Shown: positions 61,255 to 64,000 of the stretch, in pieces | Numbering within the stretch: position 1 is the first letter of the stretch | How the letters are laid out: the number at the start of each line of letters is the position of its first letter | Origin: Candidatus Poribacteria bacterium | GTDB lineage: Bacteria > Poribacteria > WGA-4E > JAJDTR01 | Assembly (NCBI GenBank): GCA_965222225.1 | Contig: CBDCTK010000002.1 | Location: forward strand, 832,001 to 896,000 | Reading direction: 5' to 3' | DNA length: 64,000 bases | The notes under the pieces: generated by a model | Told to the model about the DNA's origin: nothing | The model's input: only the letters and a program-made list of their open reading frames with translations | Databases searched by the model: none | Program-made: the position numbers and the translations under genes

Positions 61255-63057
61255 TTAATCAAAATGCTCATCATCGTAGTTTCTAAGCAGTTCTGAGCGT
61301 TCGTGACTAAGCGCATCAAGAGCCGCTTCGTTAATCCCAATTGGACAATACACACGCATCGGAGTTGAATTTACGATTATTTGCGCGTCTTGCAGTCCGC
61401 CAATGTTTATCTTTTGTTCATCTTTTTCGTCAGCAAGGAACTGAACTACAGCCAATACGCGGTTAAGCCAGTCGTTATTCCACCAGTTCTTGCATAGGTG
61501 TTTTCGTCTTGAATCGATTGTACGTTTATCGTTGAAGGGGTTTCCGTCTTTGTTTGAAAGACGAACTTTTATGCGAATAAGGACCGTGAAATTATTGATA
61601 AGATCTCGGCGGACAAAAAAGGTTGGCGACAGAGAATATAAGTATTCATGGCCGGACTGATGTTTTCTTTTTCCAGTAGCAGTTATATAGGTCTTTGTAC
61701 CATCAGGTCGATTAAAGTTAAGTCGATTGTTCTCCACGAGATTCTCAGGAAAGTAGGGTTGTTCCATTTTAGGACAGTATTGCAGTTTTTTCTGATAACA
61801 CTTCACTATTAGGGCTTTTCGGATAAGCTCCGATACGAGATCAAGGGACCAAATGCTATATATATTCTTAACTGCCGACCACAGTGAACCCCCATTTTCG
61901 ATTATATTGTATTTCTCGAAAACTGATACGGGCGGCCTATGAAAACTCAGAAATGTATGTCGATCGATTTTTCGATAACTCCACTCGCGCTCAAGTTCAT
62001 TAAGATTCTCTCTTGGGATTGGATTCTGCGTTTTGAAGCAATAAATGACCTCTGGTATCTGCTGAACTTGCAAACAGTTAGAAGAAATGGTTTCTTTTTG
62101 ATCGGAGAGGATGTCTTTTTGTAAGAAGGCTTCTGCGGCAACTCGCTGGCCTTCATATAATAATCGTGGACACTCAATAGATCTCAGCTTTTTCAGTAAT
62201 TGATTTAGACCTTCACCCCAATCAAGTTTAAATGGGATGAACATCAATGTTCTCGTTACCTGGTCCAACTGTGGAACGCTTACGCCATCAACATTTAAGG
62301 GGATTAGGAAATCTTCAACACGTTCATTAGCTATGTTGAGTGCGAGTGTTCTTTGACGCATTACTTCTGGATTTTTGAGCGATGCTTGTGAATACAAACC
62401 GAGAAACCGAAAGGTTCGATTCTTAATTGCCTCGTCGACAGCCTTGGGGTAAGTCTCACCCCCTAGCAACTTGAACCGCTCACACCATACAAGGTAGCCC
62501 TCAGCGGTGAGTTTGCGAGTCAGCCAATCGGCAAGTGCTGCATCTTCAGGAACACAGCTAATGAAAATGTGATCTCGCTCTGTTGAAGCGCTGATTCTGT
62601 CTTGAATCGCAAGGAATTCTGGCGGAAAGAGTCCTGGGTGATGTTTCTTGATCTGCGGATAACTCACGTCAAGTAGGATCCGCAGACGTTCAACACCAAA
62701 GAGTTCAAATTGCCAACCGAATTTTTTGTAAATGTACGCTATCGCCTCATCTCGTTGATGCGCTGTCAATTTAGCTGTTGTGACAAAAATCAGCCGGCTA
62801 CACGCGTGGCCATGTTTATACACCTTCTCTGCATCTTCAACGAGTTTCGCTCTCCAATCTTCACGGACGCTATAGGCAAAAATCGTAGTCTCATTAGACT
62901 TATTGATATGAATTGCGTCTCGTCCTTTATCACTAAAACCACCAAGGGGTTCAATGGATTTGTAACCTTCTAGTGACATCAAGTCATGGCAAAGTCGCTC
63001 AAATTCAAAATAATCTGTGATTGCTTCAAGACAATAGATTGTGGGGTCTGCTGCCAT
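61255..63057 (-). CDS. Nuclease-like (Mrr/REase fold)-TIR-APAZ protein, partner of the short pAgo
   Basis: aa 1-135 FERLC...GY...GG.SDKGRD; aa about 160-295 TIR (IFIS, WL..KL...GY.VWC, FLIPL, W..GL..LL); APAZ SN, SRRK..KNWWN..W. Confidence 0.88.
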   Translation of the reverse strand: MAADPTIYCLEAITDYFEFERLCHDLMSLEGYKSIEPLGGFSDKGRDAIHINKSNETTIFAYSVREDWRAKLVEDAEKVYKHGHACSRLIFVTTAKLTAHQRDEAIAYIYKKFGWQFELFGVERLRILLDVSYPQIKKHHPGLFPPEFLAIQDRISASTERDHIFISCVPEDAALADWLTRKLTAEGYLVWCERFKLLGGETYPKAVDEAIKNRTFRFLGLYSQASLKNPEVMRQRTLALNIANERVEDFLIPLNVDGVSVPQLDQVTRTLMFIPFKLDWGEGLNQLLKKLRSIECPRLLYEGQRVAAEAFLQKDILSDQKETISSNCLQVQQIPEVIYCFKTQNPIPRENLNELEREWSYRKIDRHTFLSFHRPPVSVFEKYNIIENGGSLWSAVKNIYSIWSLDLVSELIRKALIVKCYQKKLQYCPKMEQPYFPENLVENNRLNFNRPDGTKTYITATGKRKHQSGHEYLYSLSPTFFVRRDLINNFTVLIRIKVRLSNKDGNPFNDKRTIDSRRKHLCKNWWNNDWLNRVLAVVQFLADEKDEQKINIGGLQDAQIIVNSTPMRVYCPIGINEAALDALSHERSELLRNYDDEHFD

Positions 63058-63190
63058 TATTATAATTCAAAGTCTGTTACGTACTGTTTTACTTATCCGT
63101 GTATCATATGCTGTCCTATTCTCAATAGTAGCTATGAGATTGCCCATGTTTGATATGGTACCCCAATTGTGGTTAATTTGCCAATACGCT

Positions 63191-64000
63191 TTAGCCCGAC
63201 ATCCCTACTAACATTACACGCTCGGCTTCCCTTTTTGCCTCTTCCACGATGGATTGACCTTCCTGTTGCAGTGCTTTTGCGTGCTTGCGGATTTCGGCGA
63301 TATGGTCGGCAATTTCGATCTGCTTCTTTGGGTCAGGCAAAATTATCCTTAATTGTTTAACTACGTTCCTTGTTATGCCGGTAACGGTGCCACCTGTTAT
63401 CTCTCTTTTGATTTGGAATTTGCCAAAACACGAGTTTAGGTAGCTCAGCAGGTAAACCGCGTTCACATTATCCCGTGGTCTCAGTAAGAAGAGATGTTCA
63501 TTTATATTCTGTCCTATATGTTCTTTACTCTGAACAATGCCGATTTTTCCTGTAGTTGCACCATCTTTGACTAAAAGCAAATCATTTAGTTGCGTTGCCG
63601 TTCTCTTGTGCAAACTATGAAACTCATGCGGGATGTATTTCGGCCTATTGACTTCTATCTCACATTGATTATTGATATGTTCTCCACCAAAACTCAATGC
63701 TCCAGATTTTATGTTTGCTACGCCACCTTTCGGACGACTTCCGCTTTCTATCATTTGCAATAAATCCCCAAGTCGCTTTACGCTACTTGTGTGTCTTAAT
63801 TGATTGTGTAGAACGTCGTAGCTATTTTGATAATAGAAAGGATCGACCCGCTTACCCGCTATCTCACCAGCATAGACTACATAGCATTTCTTCGCTTCAA
63901 TCGCTGGCATCTCAATTCCCAATTGTGCCGGAATATACTCATCAATTGAAGCCAAAAGCGAGTCTGCTTCCTGTTCTTTTTGCCGCTTCTGTGCATAGGC
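63191..64000 (-). CDS. Restriction-modification specificity (HsdS/TRD-type) protein, 5' end beyond window
   Basis: RVDP.YY, SGSRPKGG, DLLLVKDGATTGK, NEH, IILP...Q..IA coiled coil; frame open to window edge. Confidence 0.8.
   Translation of the reverse strand, partial: AYAQKRQKEQEADSLLASIDEYIPAQLGIEMPAIEAKKCYVVYAGEIAGKRVDPFYYQNSYDVLHNQLRHTSSVKRLGDLLQMIESGSRPKGGVANIKSGALSFGGEHINNQCEIEVNRPKYIPHEFHSLHKRTATQLNDLLLVKDGATTGKIGIVQSKEHIGQNINEHLFLLRPRDNVNAVYLLSYLNSCFGKFQIKREITGGTVTGITRNVVKQLRIILPDPKKQIEIADHIAEIRKHAKALQQEGQSIVEEAKREAERVMLVGMSG

Noticed and set aside
61245-61355. Longer 537-aa start for the pAgo ORF
   Set aside because: Extension overlaps the APAZ gene by about 100 bp; homology to short pAgos begins at MTESIIVFDEP (61244)

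Overview
Bacterial chromosomal window, most likely Candidatus Poribacteria or a relative. This is an inference from the AVEPxxKLAxxWGxIK C-terminal tail, the PhyH, DUF4159 and DUF6785-like genes, and the many PQQ-type beta-propellers. The left third is mostly metabolism: 2-oxoacid:ferredoxin oxidoreductase, M6 protease, GH32, ppc, fba and a prenyl synthase. It also holds several pseudogenes and a frameshifted IS982-family element. The middle (about 22-50 kb) is a long minus-strand region. It contains a putative biosynthetic cluster (GriC/EhpF-like adenylating enzyme, GriD/EhpG-like reductase, Fe-ADH, HemN-like radical SAM, flavin halogenase-like protein, aryl-CoA ligase, four secreted PQQ-like propellers). 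The cluster is interrupted by an operon of two DUF488 genes and an unusual dual-OB/RecQ/Gp157-like fusion. The right end is a defence locus: an R-M specificity-type gene, a nuclease-like/TIR/APAZ protein whose TIR catalytic Glu appears replaced by Gln, and a short prokaryotic Argonaute. No rRNA, tRNA or CRISPR array was seen. All family assignments are by motif recognition from memory, not database searches.
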